DNA of 54,270 nt from Ruminococcus sp. (GTDB lineage Bacteria; Bacillota; Clostridia; Oscillospirales; Ruminococcaceae): assembly GCA_017649325.1 (NCBI GenBank), contig JAGCHA010000116.1:1-54270 (forward strand), in the 5' to 3' direction. Below the pieces are notes generated by a model. It saw only the letters and a program-made list of their open reading frames with translations, was not told the DNA's origin and ran no database searches. This document shows, in pieces, positions 28,305 to 39,016 of the stretch. Every line of letters starts with the position of its first letter. The first letter of the stretch is position 1. Both the position numbers and the translations under genes were made by a program.

Positions 28305-29138
28305 TCACCTGCGGAGATACCCTATAAGGTCGCCGAGGCACAGCTCAAAACAGCTGCCGTACCACACCTCGTCGGCGTGCGGGAGAGTTGCCGTTATGCA
28401 GTCGGATGTGAACCTGACGGCAAGCTCGAGCGCCTCTCCGAGGTCTTTTCCGAGGGTGACGGCTCCCGTGAATACGCTCGCGAAAATGTCGCCCGTACCG
28501 TGAAAGCGCCTGTCTATATGAGGGCAGTATGCGCTGTAGTATCTTCCGCTCTGCGAGTCGTAGGCGACGGCTCCGTGCTCGTAGCCGCGGCGCACTCCCG
28601 TCAGCACGGGGCGCTTGCAGCCGAGCTCCGCAAGAGAGCGGAGCAGCTCGCGCGAATGCTCCTCGTCGGGGCTCTCTTCGTACGGTATATCGAGCAGAAA
28701 AGCTGCCTCGGTCATATTCGGTATCACGTAGTCTGCCTTGGTGCAGAGCCTGCGCATACCGCTGACGAGCTCGTCCGTGAAACCCGCGTACAGCTTCCCT
28801 GCGTCGCCCATTACGGGGTCGACCACGATGAAGTTGTCCTCGCGCCCGAACGTGTCAATGAAGTCGGAGACTATCTGCACCTGTGCGGGCGAGCCGAGAT
28901 ATCCCGTATATATCGCGTCAAAGCCCAGCCCGAGCTGTTCCCAGTGGGAGGCTATCTGCGGGATGTCGCCCGTGAGGTCGCGGAAGGTGTAGTTGCTGAA
29001 TCCGCCCGTGTGAGTCGAGAGCACGGCTGTCGGTATCACGGCTGTCTCTATTCCCATTGCCGATATTATCGGCAGCGCTACGGTCAGCGAACACTTCCCG
29101 AAGCACGATATATCCTGTATTGTAACGGCTCTTTTCAT
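28305..29138 (-). CDS. pdxK: Pyridoxal/pyridoxamine kinase
   Basis: QDISCFGKCSL, LSTHTG, YTGYLGS, VDPVMGD, PNMTEA, HGTGDIFAS; likely start MKRAVTIQD at 29138. Confidence 0.92.
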   Translation of the reverse strand: MKRAVTIQDISCFGKCSLTVALPIISAMGIETAVIPTAVLSTHTGGFSNYTFRDLTGDIPQIASHWEQLGLGFDAIYTGYLGSPAQVQIVSDFIDTFGREDNFIVVDPVMGDAGKLYAGFTDELVSGMRRLCTKADYVIPNMTEAAFLLDIPYEESPDEEHSRELLRSLAELGCKRPVLTGVRRGYEHGAVAYDSQSGRYYSAYCPHIDRRFHGTGDIFASVFTGAVTLGKDLGEALELAVRFTSDCITATLPHADEVWYGSCFELCLGDLIGYLRR

Positions 29139-29280
29139 AATAATCTTTCCTTGCAGCAATATTATATCTATTTTACCGCAAATCCCTCCCATTGTCAAGC
29201 CGCGCAGCTGAAACCGCGCCCTTGATTTGACCTGACCTTTGTGGTATAATATGTGTATTGTCACGACTCGGAGGATAGAT

Positions 29281-31803
29281 ATGAAAGCAAATGACCTCTG
29301 ATACACCCGCTATTGCAAGGAACGCTATCTGCATGCGTTCCTGCTCGGGGCATTAACGCTCCTGCTCGCGCTGCTGCCCGTCATGCTGTGCGAGCGCGGT
29401 TACTTCATATACTACGGAGACTTCAACGCTCAGCAGATACCCTTCTACAGCCTTTCTAACGACGCCGTTCGTGCGGGACAGCTCGGCTGGAACTGGTTCA
29501 CCGACCTCGGCTCAGACTGGCTGACCTCGTACTCTTTCTACCTCGCCGCAAGCCCTTTCTTCTGGCTGACGACGATACTCCCGCGGGCTGCCGTACTCTA
29601 CTCGATACCGTTTCTGCTCGCGCTCAAGCACGGTCTCGCTTCGCTGACCGCCTACGCATATATTCGCCGGTTTGTCCGCAGCAAGGAGGCTGCCCTCGTA
29701 GGAGCCATGCTCTATGCGTTCTCGGGCTTTCAGGTGTTCAATCTCTTCTTCAATCACTTTCAGGACGTCACCGCCCTCTTCCCGCTAATGCTCATCGCTC
29801 TCGAGGAGAACATCAACAACCGCAGACGCGGCTGGTTCGCGGTGATCGTGGCGGTGATGGCGGCGCTCAACTAATACTTCTTCGCGGGTGAAGCTGTCTT
29901 CCTCATCATATACTTCTTCATGCGGCTGCCCTGCAAGGACTTCCGCGCTTCGTGGGGACGATTCTTCGGTCTGCTTTTCGAGGCCGTTGTCGGCTCGTGC
30001 ATCGCCTGTGCGGTGCTGCTGCCGTCGGCACTGGCCATACTCGGCAACTACCGCGTGAACGAACGCATCTGGGGCGACGAATGGCTGTTCTACAATGAGC
30101 CCTCCCGCGTCATCCGCGTGATACAGACTTTCTTTATGCCGTCTGATGCTCCCGCACGCCCGAACCTCTTCAAGAGCGAACAGGCAAAGTGGTCGTCGGT
30201 GGGCGGTTATTTCCCCCTCTTCGGTATGCTCGGCGTTATCACTTTTGTCCGTGCTCACCGCAGACACTGGGCTGTGAGAGTGTCGCTGTTCTGTGCGGTC
30301 TGCGCTTTCGTGCCGATACTCAACAGTATGTTCTATACCTTCAACGCCTCCTACTACGCCCGCTGGTTCTTTATGCCGATACTGATACTCGCACTCATGA
30401 CAGCGGTCGCGCTCGACGACGAAAAGGCGGACTTCGCTCCCGCGGTAAAACTCTCGGCGGCGGCACTCGCCATATTCGCCGCGATATCGCTGATCCCCGA
30501 GAAGGAGGACGGCAAGCTCAGCTTCTTCACCTTCCCGCACGATATCATCTATTTCTGCATTCAGCTCGCGGTCGCTGTGATATTCCTTGTCTATGCGGCT
30601 TTTCTGCTCAGGCGCCGCAAACGCGGGCTTGAATTCGGGTGGCTGTCTGTGGTCAGCACCGCTCTCGCAAGCATAATCTGTATACTGTCGGTCGTGGTGT
30701 ACGGCGCTGTAACTCCCAAGGATGCGCGGGAATACATTGATTCCGCAATATACGGCAGGGACGGCGTCTTTGAGAGCGTCTCCGAGGATAACTTCTTCCG
30801 AGCGGATATCTCCGAGAACTGCGACAATTACCCCATGCTGTGGGGACTGCCGTCCATGCGGTGCTTCCAGAGCGTGGTAAGCACCTCGATAATGGAGTTC
30901 TACGATAACATAGGCATTCAGCGCGATGTCGCCTCGCGCCCCGATATCTCGCACTATACCCTGCGGGGTCTGCTCTCCGTCAAATACTTCTACCGCGAGA
31001 TAAAGGAGGGCTATTCGTTAGAAGAGATGCAGGCAGGCGTGAGTCCGCCGTCTTCGTCCGAGAGCAAAGACAAGAAGTTCGAGCTCGAAGCCGCAGAGGT
31101 CGATATCACCAAGTATCTGACGGGGTTTGAGTATGTCGGCTCGAACGACTATTTCGAGATATATGAGAACAAGTTCTTCGTGCCGATGGGTTTCACATAC
31201 GACTCCTATGTGTCCGCATCCACCGCGGAGGATATGTCCGATTCTTCACGCGAAAAGCTCCTGATACAGGCGCTCGTGCTCGATGACGAACAGATTGAGA
31301 AGTACGCCGACATCATCGACAGACTGCCGAATGAACAGGCGGTGAAGATGAGCAAGTCCGACTATGAGCGCTCTTGCCGCGAGAAACAACAGCACTGCGC
31401 CGACTCGTTCACCTACGACTCGCACGGCTTTACGTCCGAGATCGACCTCGGCGAGCCGAGACTTGTCTTCTTCAGCGTGCCCTACAGCGATGGATGGACT
31501 GCCGAGGTCAACGGCAAGCCTGTGGACGTCGAGAAGGTATCCTACGGCTTTATGGCGGTCAGGGGCGAAACCGGCGCGAACAGGATAGTGTTCCGATACA
31601 GGACGCCGGGGCTCCGCACGGGTGCTTTCATCTCGCTCGGCTCTGTGCTGATACTGGCGGCTTACCTGCTCATTATGCGCTTCGTCGACCGCAGACGCCG
31701 CGAGCCTGTGCTCAGACACTGCTACGATTACCAAACTCTACAGAAAGTGACTGCCTCCGAGGTCTACACAAGGAGCTTCATCAAAGATAATAATACGAAA
31801 TGA
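29281..31803 (+). pseudogene. YfhO-family polytopic membrane glycosyltransferase-like gene with two in-frame stop codons
   Basis: GGAGGA RBS and ATG 29281; one reading frame of about 840 codons interrupted by TGA (29299-29301) and TAA (29872-29874, in ALN*YFFAGE). Motifs GDFNAQQIPFY, YAFSGF, SVPYSDGWTAEVNGK. Confidence 0.75.
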
Positions 31804-31813
31804 GGTCTTTTTT

Positions 31814-32350
31814 ATGCATCTGGAAGAAAAAACACTCAGCAGCGAAACGGTTTTTGAGGGGAAGATATTCACCATAACCCATGATACGGTCGAGCTTGAG
31901 AACGGCGACACTGCTGTCCGCGACTGCCTGCTCCACCACGGCGGTGTGTGCGTGCTGCCTGTGAACGAGAAGAACGAGGTCTTCCTCGTAAAACAGTTCC
32001 GCTATCCGTTCCGCACGGTGACACTCGAGGCTCCCGCAGGAAAGCTCGAAAAGGGCGAGGACCACGCCGAATGCGGCAGACGCGAGCTCCTCGAGGAGAC
32101 CGGCTGCACCTGTGAGGATTATACCTTCATCGGCGAGATGTTCCCTACTCCTGCGTATAACTCCGAGATAACCTATATGTACCTCGCGCGCGGACTCTCC
32201 TTCGACAAGCAGTCTCTCGACCCCGACGAGTTCCTCGATGTGGTGAAGATGCCGCTGTCCGAGGCTGTCGGACGCGTCATGGACGGCTCTATCCGCGACG
32301 GCAAAACGCAGATAGTCCTCCTGAAAGCAGCGAGGATACTTGGGATATAA
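31814..32350 (+). CDS. nudF: NUDIX hydrolase (ADP-ribose pyrophosphatase-like)
   Basis: Nudix box PAGKLEKGEDHAECGRRELLEETG; KQFRYP; DPDEFL; DGKT. Confidence 0.88.
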   Translation: MHLEEKTLSSETVFEGKIFTITHDTVELENGDTAVRDCLLHHGGVCVLPVNEKNEVFLVKQFRYPFRTVTLEAPAGKLEKGEDHAECGRRELLEETGCTCEDYTFIGEMFPTPAYNSEITYMYLARGLSFDKQSLDPDEFLDVVKMPLSEAVGRVMDGSIRDGKTQIVLLKAARILGI

Positions 32351-32355
32351 AAGCG

Positions 32356-32436
32356 AGGGCGTGACTTTGTCACGCCCTCTTATTCACTAAAATATTTGCG
32401 ACCCTACAGAAAAGAGCGCCCGTGAGCGCTCCTTTT
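32356..32436. terminator. Two hairpins between convergent NUDIX and spoVG genes
   Basis: AGGGCGTGAC-ttt-GTCACGCCCT and GAGCGC-ccgtga-GCGCTC. Confidence 0.6.
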
Positions 32437-32739
32437 TTATTCTTCCGTTTTTGCCTGCTCGGCTGACTCCTCGGCAGCGTGGACTGCCATCTGGCACTCG
32501 TATGCGTCAAGTATGGTCTCCTCGAAAAGCTTGCGCGCCGAAGGCGATATGGGGTGGATTATGTCGCGGAAGACACCGTTTTCGTCCTTTCGGCTCGGCA
32601 TTGCTACAAATAATCTCTCGTCGCCCTGTACGACCTTGATGTCGTGGACCGCAAGCATATCGTCAACTGTGACCGATACTACTGCGCGCAGCCTTCCCTC
32701 GGTCAATATCTTTCTTATTTTTACGTCCGTAATGTTCAT
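32437..32739 (-). CDS. spoVG: Septation regulator SpoVG
   Basis: MNITDVKIRK, HDIKVVQG, LFVAMPSRK, FRDIIHPI; GGAGG RBS before ATG 32739. Confidence 0.95.
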   Translation of the reverse strand: MNITDVKIRKILTEGRLRAVVSVTVDDMLAVHDIKVVQGDERLFVAMPSRKDENGVFRDIIHPISPSARKLFEETILDAYECQMAVHAAEESAEQAKTEE

Positions 32740-32967
32740 GCTTATACCTCCCTTATGATGTTTTCTTTTCTCTTTAAATGAGTAAATTTTTTGCATATCG
32801 TCTATGTTCACACATCATATAATATGCTTTCGCATTATTATAACACATTAATCTAAAAATTGCAATACTAATTTGAAATAATTAAATATATATTCATCAC
32901 TGTAAACCTTTATAGCGATAAAGCGGTGACATTTATCAAAAAACAGAACATTTATTCAAATTAGCAC

Positions 32968-32996
32968 TTGAATTATTTACTTGAATATAGTATAAT
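32968..32996 (+). promoter_or_regulatory. sigmaA promoter for murC-lexA
   Basis: TTGAAT-17 nt-TATAAT. Confidence 0.6.
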
Positions 32997-33051
32997 AATA
33001 AAATAGGTATAATATTGCTAAATTTACAAATCAACGAAAAGGTGATATCAA

Positions 33052-34479
33052 TTGGATAATACTATCCTCAATATTCTTGACGGAAAGAAGCATATACACT
33101 TCATAGGTATCGGCGGCTCGGGTATGTACCCGCTCGCGCAGATACTCCACGGACAGGGCTACTACCTCACGGGCTCGGACAACAACGAGACCGAGACCCT
33201 CGACGCAGTCCGCAAAATGGGCATTCCCGTTTTCATCGGTCAGCGCGCCGAGAACATCGAGGGGGCTGACCTCATCGTCCATACTGCCGCGATAATGGCT
33301 GACAACCCCGAGCTCATCGCCGCAAAAGCAAGCGGTGTCCCCGTGCTGGAGCGCGCTGACCTCCTCGGAATTGTCACAAGCTGGTACAAGAACGCTATCT
33401 GCGTTTCGGGTACGCACGGCAAGACCTCCACGACATCTATGATAACGCAGATACTCTGCACCGCTGATATCGACATATCCGCCTATATCGGCGGTAAGCT
33501 CCCCTGCATAGGCGGGAGCGGAAAGTCGGGTTCGAGCGACATACTCGTGTGCGAATCGTGCGAGTTCGAGGACCACTTCCTCAAGTTCTTCCCCGATATT
33601 TCGGTTATACTCAACATCGACGCCGACCACCTCGACTACTTCGGCACGCTCGATAACATCATAAAGTCCTTCCGCAAATTCAGCGAGAATACCACGAAGT
33701 GCATTATCGTCAACGGCTCGGACGCCAACTCGATGAAGGCTCTCGAAGGTATCACGGGTAAGGAGATAATCACTTTCGGCAGGGACAGCTCCTGCGACTA
33801 CTACCCCGAGAACGTCAAGCACGAAAACGGCCTGCTCACTACCTATGACGCAATGTACCGCGGTGAGAAGCTCGGTGCGGTGACGCTCCACGTTGCGGGT
33901 ATCCACAATGTGCTAAACTCGCTCGCCGCTGTTGCCGCCGCAAGATACATCGGTGCGGACTTCAAGGCTGTACAGCAGGGCCTCGAGGACTTCCGCGGCG
34001 CTAAACGCCGCTTCGAGAAGCTCGGCTGTGAGAAGGGCATTACCGTCGTCGACGACTACGCCCACCACCCGACAGAGCTTGAGGCTACGCTCAATGCCGC
34101 TATGGAGATGAACTTCAATAACGTGTGGGCGGTGTTCCAGCCGTTCACGTTCAGCCGCACGAAGCTTCTGCTCGACGACTTCGCACGTGTGCTGCAAATA
34201 CCCGACCACGCTGTGCTCACCGACATCATGGGCAGCCGTGAGAAAAATACCTACGGAATTTTCACTCGCCACCTCGCCGAGAAGATACCGAACTGCATAT
34301 GGTTCCCGCAGGACGAGAGCGCGGAATGGACTGACGAACGCAAATACGCCAATTTCCAGCAGATATGCGACTACGTTTGCGAGCACGCTCAGGAGGGCGA
34401 CCTCGTTATCACGCTCGGCTGCGGAGACGCCTACAAGATAGCAAAAATGATACTGAAAAAGCTTTCAGAGGAGGTATAA
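33052..34479 (+). CDS. murC: UDP-N-acetylmuramate--L-alanine ligase
   Basis: HIHFIGIGGSGM, GTHGKTSTT, NIDADHLD, DDYAHHPTE, VFQP. Confidence 0.97.
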   Translation: MDNTILNILDGKKHIHFIGIGGSGMYPLAQILHGQGYYLTGSDNNETETLDAVRKMGIPVFIGQRAENIEGADLIVHTAAIMADNPELIAAKASGVPVLERADLLGIVTSWYKNAICVSGTHGKTSTTSMITQILCTADIDISAYIGGKLPCIGGSGKSGSSDILVCESCEFEDHFLKFFPDISVILNIDADHLDYFGTLDNIIKSFRKFSENTTKCIIVNGSDANSMKALEGITGKEIITFGRDSSCDYYPENVKHENGLLTTYDAMYRGEKLGAVTLHVAGIHNVLNSLAAVAAARYIGADFKAVQQGLEDFRGAKRRFEKLGCEKGITVVDDYAHHPTELEATLNAAMEMNFNNVWAVFQPFTFSRTKLLLDDFARVLQIPDHAVLTDIMGSREKNTYGIFTRHLAEKIPNCIWFPQDESAEWTDERKYANFQQICDYVCEHAQEGDLVITLGCGDAYKIAKMILKKLSEEV

Positions 34480-34480
34480 T

Positions 34481-35062
34481 ATGTCCAAGGAAAAGGAACT
34501 CGAGGTCTTTAATTTCATCAAAAGCCGCCTGAGTGAGGGCATATCCCCATCGGTGCGTGAGATAATGGACGCCGCAGGCTTTAAGTCGACTTCTACGGCT
34601 CACCGCTACATCAATGCGCTCGTTGACGAGGGGCTCATCGAGAAGTCGGACAGCCTCAACCGCTCGCTCCGTCTGCCGAACTGCTCGTCTGCCTCGGTGC
34701 CGATAATGGGTACGGTCACTGCGGGGCAGCCTATCACTGCCGTTCAGGACATCACGGGCTACCTCGGATTCGAGGCTCCCGGCTGTGACCCGAACGAACT
34801 CTTTGCGCTGAGAGTCCGCGGGGAAAGCATGATAAACGCCGGTATACTCGATGGCGATATCGTCATCGTGAAGCAGACCGATTACGCCGAAAACGGCGAC
34901 ATCGTCGTCGCTTTCGTGGACGGCGAGGAGGCTACGGTCAAGAGATTCTACAAGGAGAAGGGGTATTACCGTCTCCAGCCCGAAAACGATACTATGGAAC
35001 CCATTATCCTCGACGAATGTGAGATACTCGGAAAGGTCATCGGCTTGAAGAGATACTACTGA
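34481..35062 (+). CDS. lexA: SOS repressor LexA
   Basis: SPSVREI wHTH, VTAGQP (Ala-Gly cleavage site), VRGESM (Ser), ATVKRF (Lys). Confidence 0.95.
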   Translation: MSKEKELEVFNFIKSRLSEGISPSVREIMDAAGFKSTSTAHRYINALVDEGLIEKSDSLNRSLRLPNCSSASVPIMGTVTAGQPITAVQDITGYLGFEAPGCDPNELFALRVRGESMINAGILDGDIVIVKQTDYAENGDIVVAFVDGEEATVKRFYKEKGYYRLQPENDTMEPIILDECEILGKVIGLKRYY

Positions 35063-35081
35063 TAGAACGAGGTTATGTACT

Positions 35082-36575
35082 ATGATACAGAAAAGAAAAG
35101 CAGCAGCAGTCACAGCAGCCTGTTTTATTGCAGCAGCACTCGCCTCCTGCGGACATGACCCGCTCATGGAGGACGAAATAGAAATACCCGAGCCCGTCAC
35201 TACCGCGGAAATGCCCACCGAGGAGGAAACTGAGCCTCCCACTGAGGAGGAGACTACCGAGGAGTGTCAGCCCGATAAGCCTTTTAATGTGCTCGGCACG
35301 GGCGGAGATACCTTCACCGTAGTGGCGTGGAATCCCGACGAAGCTCCGTTACTTATCGCAAACTGGCTCGGTGTGGACGTCAATGATGTAAGAAACGGCA
35401 AGAGCTTGAAGGCTCCGTCAGGGGCAGAAGTGAAATTCGTCTGCTTCGGCACGGGCGGCTATTTCGCTTACGAATACTACGACAGAATGTTCATCAGCGG
35501 AGATGATATCGACGTCTATTTCTGCGAACCCGACTGGGCAAGGAAACTCACTGACGACGATTCACGCTCGGCTCCGATGTCGGCACTCGGCATCACCGAG
35601 GATATGCTCGGTGATATGTACCCCTACACCATTGACCAGGGCAAGAACGTGCGCGGCGAGCTGAAGGCTCTCGCGTGGAACGCTTCTCCCGGCTGCTTCA
35701 CCTATAATGAAGAGCTCGCTAAGGAGTACCTCGGGGCTGAGTCTCCCGAGGAGATGCAGTCGCTTATCAGCGATTGGGACAAATTCACGGAAACCGCTGA
35801 AAACATCGCGGAAGAGTCCAATGGCAAGGTGGCTCTCGCCGATTCTCTCGGAAGTTTGTGGCAGGCGTATGAGTGCAGTCTTTCGTATCCCCTCGTGGTG
35901 GACAATCAGTTCGTACCGACCGACGAAGTCAAGGACTTCGCCGATATGGCAAAGAAGCTCTGGGAATGCGGAGGAGTTTCGCACGATTCGCAGTGGACGG
36001 ACGACTGGATGATGGCGGGACAGAAAAAGAGCTGTATGGGCTACTTCATCCCTGCGTGGGGCTTCGAGAACGGAGCGTTCGGTCCGGAAGTTACGGGCGG
36101 CGATACGCTCGGTCAATGGGCTCTATGTGAGGGACCGCAGGCTTACTGGTGGGGCGGCACTATGCTCGCCGTAAATACCGCGACCGATAACGGCGATGAT
36201 GCTTACGACTTCATTAGCGCCTCAGTGTTCGACGAAAGCCTGCTTGAGCGCTACTCATCGCAGACCGCATATCTCCCCAACAGTCAGTCACTTGTGGACT
36301 ACTTGAAAACAAGCGAATGGGAGTCCTCCGACGAGTTCAAAGCCAATGACTTGATATGGCAGCACTTCACCAACGGCGGTGACAGGCTCAGCATTCTCGA
36401 CAAAAACGCTAAGGCGATAGGCGATATAAGCCTCATAACCAAATACGATCCCGCTGTCGGCAACTCCATATACAGCGGTATTGAGGAAAAATTCATCAGG
36501 CAGGGCATGAGCTGGGATGACACTGTTTCGTTCATAAAGGACGACATCTCTTACTTTTACCCCGTATACTACTAA
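35082..36575 (+). CDS. Orphan extracellular solute-binding lipoprotein (carbohydrate ABC family 1-like)
   Basis: Lipobox LASC; E/T-rich linker; DWDKF, SQWTDDW, YWWGGT motifs; no permease adjacent. Confidence 0.75.
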   Translation: MIQKRKAAAVTAACFIAAALASCGHDPLMEDEIEIPEPVTTAEMPTEEETEPPTEEETTEECQPDKPFNVLGTGGDTFTVVAWNPDEAPLLIANWLGVDVNDVRNGKSLKAPSGAEVKFVCFGTGGYFAYEYYDRMFISGDDIDVYFCEPDWARKLTDDDSRSAPMSALGITEDMLGDMYPYTIDQGKNVRGELKALAWNASPGCFTYNEELAKEYLGAESPEEMQSLISDWDKFTETAENIAEESNGKVALADSLGSLWQAYECSLSYPLVVDNQFVPTDEVKDFADMAKKLWECGGVSHDSQWTDDWMMAGQKKSCMGYFIPAWGFENGAFGPEVTGGDTLGQWALCEGPQAYWWGGTMLAVNTATDNGDDAYDFISASVFDESLLERYSSQTAYLPNSQSLVDYLKTSEWESSDEFKANDLIWQHFTNGGDRLSILDKNAKAIGDISLITKYDPAVGNSIYSGIEEKFIRQGMSWDDTVSFIKDDISYFYPVYY

Positions 36576-36617
36576 GGTAAACAGTGCGGCTTCCGCCGCA
36601 GAAAGGAAGATACAAAA

Positions 36618-36983
36618 ATGCTCAACGAAGTGAAAGTGATGATATGCGGAAAGGAGTACAAGCTCAGAACGTCCGAGTCGCCTAATTATGTGTACTCGCT
36701 CGCAAGAGTGCTCGAAGCCAAGATCGACGAGATCGTCAACGCGGGAAGCGGCTCCTCGCCCTATACAGCCTCAATTATGGTGGCTCTCGCACTCCTCGAC
36801 GACCTCAACAAGTCGAATCAGAGACTCGAGAATATCCGCACTCAGACCAAGGAATACGTCGATGAGGCGGGCAAGACACGCATCGAGCGCGACGCCGCTG
36901 TCAAGGAGATAGAGGCACTCAAGGCGAAGATAGTTCAGCTCGAAAATATGGTCAAGCTCAGGCAGCTCAAAGACAGCATATGA
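36618..36983 (+). CDS. zapA: Cell division protein ZapA
   Basis: VKVMICGKEYKL, then a helix and coiled coil; conserved position before the U32 gene. Confidence 0.8.
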   Translation: MLNEVKVMICGKEYKLRTSESPNYVYSLARVLEAKIDEIVNAGSGSSPYTASIMVALALLDDLNKSNQRLENIRTQTKEYVDEAGKTRIERDAAVKEIEALKAKIVQLENMVKLRQLKDSI

Positions 36984-39016
36984 GCCGAATGCCCGAGATA
37001 CTCGCTCCTGCGGGCAGTCCCGAGACGCTGTCAGCTGCGCTCAGAGCGGGTGCTGACGCCGTTTACGCAGGCGGGAAGCGGTTCTCCGCAAGAAGCAGTG
37101 CCGCTAACTTCTCGGACGAGGAACTCGCGGACGCCCTGCGGCTCTGCCACAGCTACGGCGCGAAGCTCTATCTTGCGGTAAATACGGTCATTTCCGACGA
37201 CGAGGCTCCCCGCTTCGCCGATTATATCCGCCGCACGTCCGAGCTCGGAGTTGACGGCTACATAGTGCAGGACTGGGGCGCGGCGCAGATAATGCGCACA
37301 GTCGTGCCCGACGCGGTGCTGCACGCCTCCACGCAGATGTCGGTGCATACCGCCGCCGCCGCAAGACTGCTCCGCAGTCTCGGCTATGTGAGAGTCGTTC
37401 CCGCGCGTGAGCTCAGCAAAGATGTTCTCGGACGCATATGCCGCGAGGACGTCGAGGTCGAGGTCTTTGTACACGGTGCGCTGTGTATGTCGGTCTCGGG
37501 ACAGTGCTATATGTCGGCGATGATAGGCTCGCGCTCCGCGAACCGCGGCTGCTGCGGACAGGCTTGCCGACTGCCGTTCTCGGCTGTCGGGAATAAAGAC
37601 GCCGCTGCCCTCTCGCTTAAAGATCTGTCGCTCCTCGGACGCACGGACGAGCTCCGTGAGATCGGCGTGGATTCGCTCAAAATAGAGGGCAGGATGAAGC
37701 GCCCCGAATATGTGGCTTCGTCCGTAAGTGAGCTGAAAAAGGCTCTCGGCGGCGAGGCGCCCGATATGCAGCTTTTGCGAGGGATATTCTCCCGCAGCGG
37801 CTTCACGGACGGCTATTTTTCGGGCAAAAGACAGGATATGTTCGGAGTCCGCGAGAAGGACGACGTAACTGCCGCACGCTCGCTGATACCGCAGATACAT
37901 GAGCTCTACCGCTCGCCAAGGCAGGTGCATACCGTCGATATGCACGCTGTGATAAAGGCGTGCGAGCCTGTCGCAGTGACAGGCTTTTGCGGCGATATTT
38001 CGGAGACTGTGACGGGTGAGGTGCCCGCCGCCGCTCAGAATCGCCCGACCGATATTTCCGCAGTTGAAAAGCAGCTCTCGAAGCTCGGCGATACCGTGTT
38101 CACGCTCGGTCGCCTCACCGCTGACATTGACAAGGGGCTTTTCGTGCCTGCGGGAAAGCTCAATGAGCTCCGCAGACAGCTCGCGGACAGGCTCACGGAA
38201 GCGGTCATAGAGCGCAATACGCCGCGGTATCACGCGGACGGCAAGCTCCCCGAGCTGCCGATGGTCAAGCGTTTGCCGCGTGAGGGGAAACTCCCCGTGA
38301 GAACGTACTGCCGCACGGCAGAACAGGCGGTCGCCGCCGCGGAACTGTCGCAGTTTGTGATAGTCCCCGAACAGATTATAGATGAAACGCTCGTGAGCCG
38401 CATCGCTCCCGAGAAGATAATAGTTTCCCCGCCGCGCTTCATTTGCGACGAGGACAGGCTCTTCGACCGCCTTGCGGAGCTGAAAAGGCTCGGTGCGGAC
38501 AGGCTCTGCTGCCACACGCCCGACAGCATCGCGCTCGGAAAGGCGCTCGGGATGAAGCTCCACGGCAGCTTCACGCTCAATGTGTTCAACTCCTACAGTG
38601 CGGAATATCTCCGCTCGCTCGGGCTTGAGGACTGCGTGTTCTCCGTTGAGGCGACTGCCGAGCAATTCGCGAAGGTTCGTACCGTGCTCCCGCTAGGTGT
38701 CGTCGTGTACGGCAGACTGCCGCTCATGCTCACGAGGAATTGCCCGATTCGCAATGAGGTCGGCTGTCAGAAGTGTACGGGGCGGCTCATCGACCGCACG
38801 GGGCGAGAACTACCCGTCGCGTGCTCGAAGGAGTACGTCGAGGTGCTAAACTCCGATGTGCTGTTCATGGGCGACAGGCTCGCGGAACTGTCAAGAGCGG
38901 ACTTCGGAGCGGCCATGCTCCACGACGAGGACGCGGAGGCGACAATTGCCGCTGTTTCGGGCAGAAAACCCGTTGGCAATATCACCCGCGGACTTTACTA
39001 CAGAGGTATCGAATAA
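36980..39016 (+). CDS. U32 family protein (RNA hydroxylase RlhA-like, long form)
   Basis: PEILAPAGS, GADAVYAG, HASTQM, EVFVHGALCMSVSGQC, SANRGCCGQACR, SLKIEGRMK. Confidence 0.9.
   Translation: MSRMPEILAPAGSPETLSAALRAGADAVYAGGKRFSARSSAANFSDEELADALRLCHSYGAKLYLAVNTVISDDEAPRFADYIRRTSELGVDGYIVQDWGAAQIMRTVVPDAVLHASTQMSVHTAAAARLLRSLGYVRVVPARELSKDVLGRICREDVEVEVFVHGALCMSVSGQCYMSAMIGSRSANRGCCGQACRLPFSAVGNKDAAALSLKDLSLLGRTDELREIGVDSLKIEGRMKRPEYVASSVSELKKALGGEAPDMQLLRGIFSRSGFTDGYFSGKRQDMFGVREKDDVTAARSLIPQIHELYRSPRQVHTVDMHAVIKACEPVAVTGFCGDISETVTGEVPAAAQNRPTDISAVEKQLSKLGDTVFTLGRLTADIDKGLFVPAGKLNELRRQLADRLTEAVIERNTPRYHADGKLPELPMVKRLPREGKLPVRTYCRTAEQAVAAAELSQFVIVPEQIIDETLVSRIAPEKIIVSPPRFICDEDRLFDRLAELKRLGADRLCCHTPDSIALGKALGMKLHGSFTLNVFNSYSAEYLRSLGLEDCVFSVEATAEQFAKVRTVLPLGVVVYGRLPLMLTRNCPIRNEVGCQKCTGRLIDRTGRELPVACSKEYVEVLNSDVLFMGDRLAELSRADFGAAMLHDEDAEATIAAVSGRKPVGNITRGLYYRGIE

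Noticed and set aside
29299-29874. Selenocysteine or stop-codon reassignment in the YfhO gene
   Set aside because: Two different stop codons are involved, both terminate other genes here, and a Sec residue is not expected at these positions.
26744-32350. ART and NUDIX hydrolase as a joint ADP-ribose module
   Set aside because: More than 4 kb apart, on opposite strands and separated by unrelated genes; the NUDIX gene looks like housekeeping nudF.
38773-39015. N-terminal extensions in the ORF track (dut, pdxK, rsgI, spoVG, permease at 4877)
   Set aside because: Downstream starts have better RBSs or stop/start overlaps and match family N-termini.
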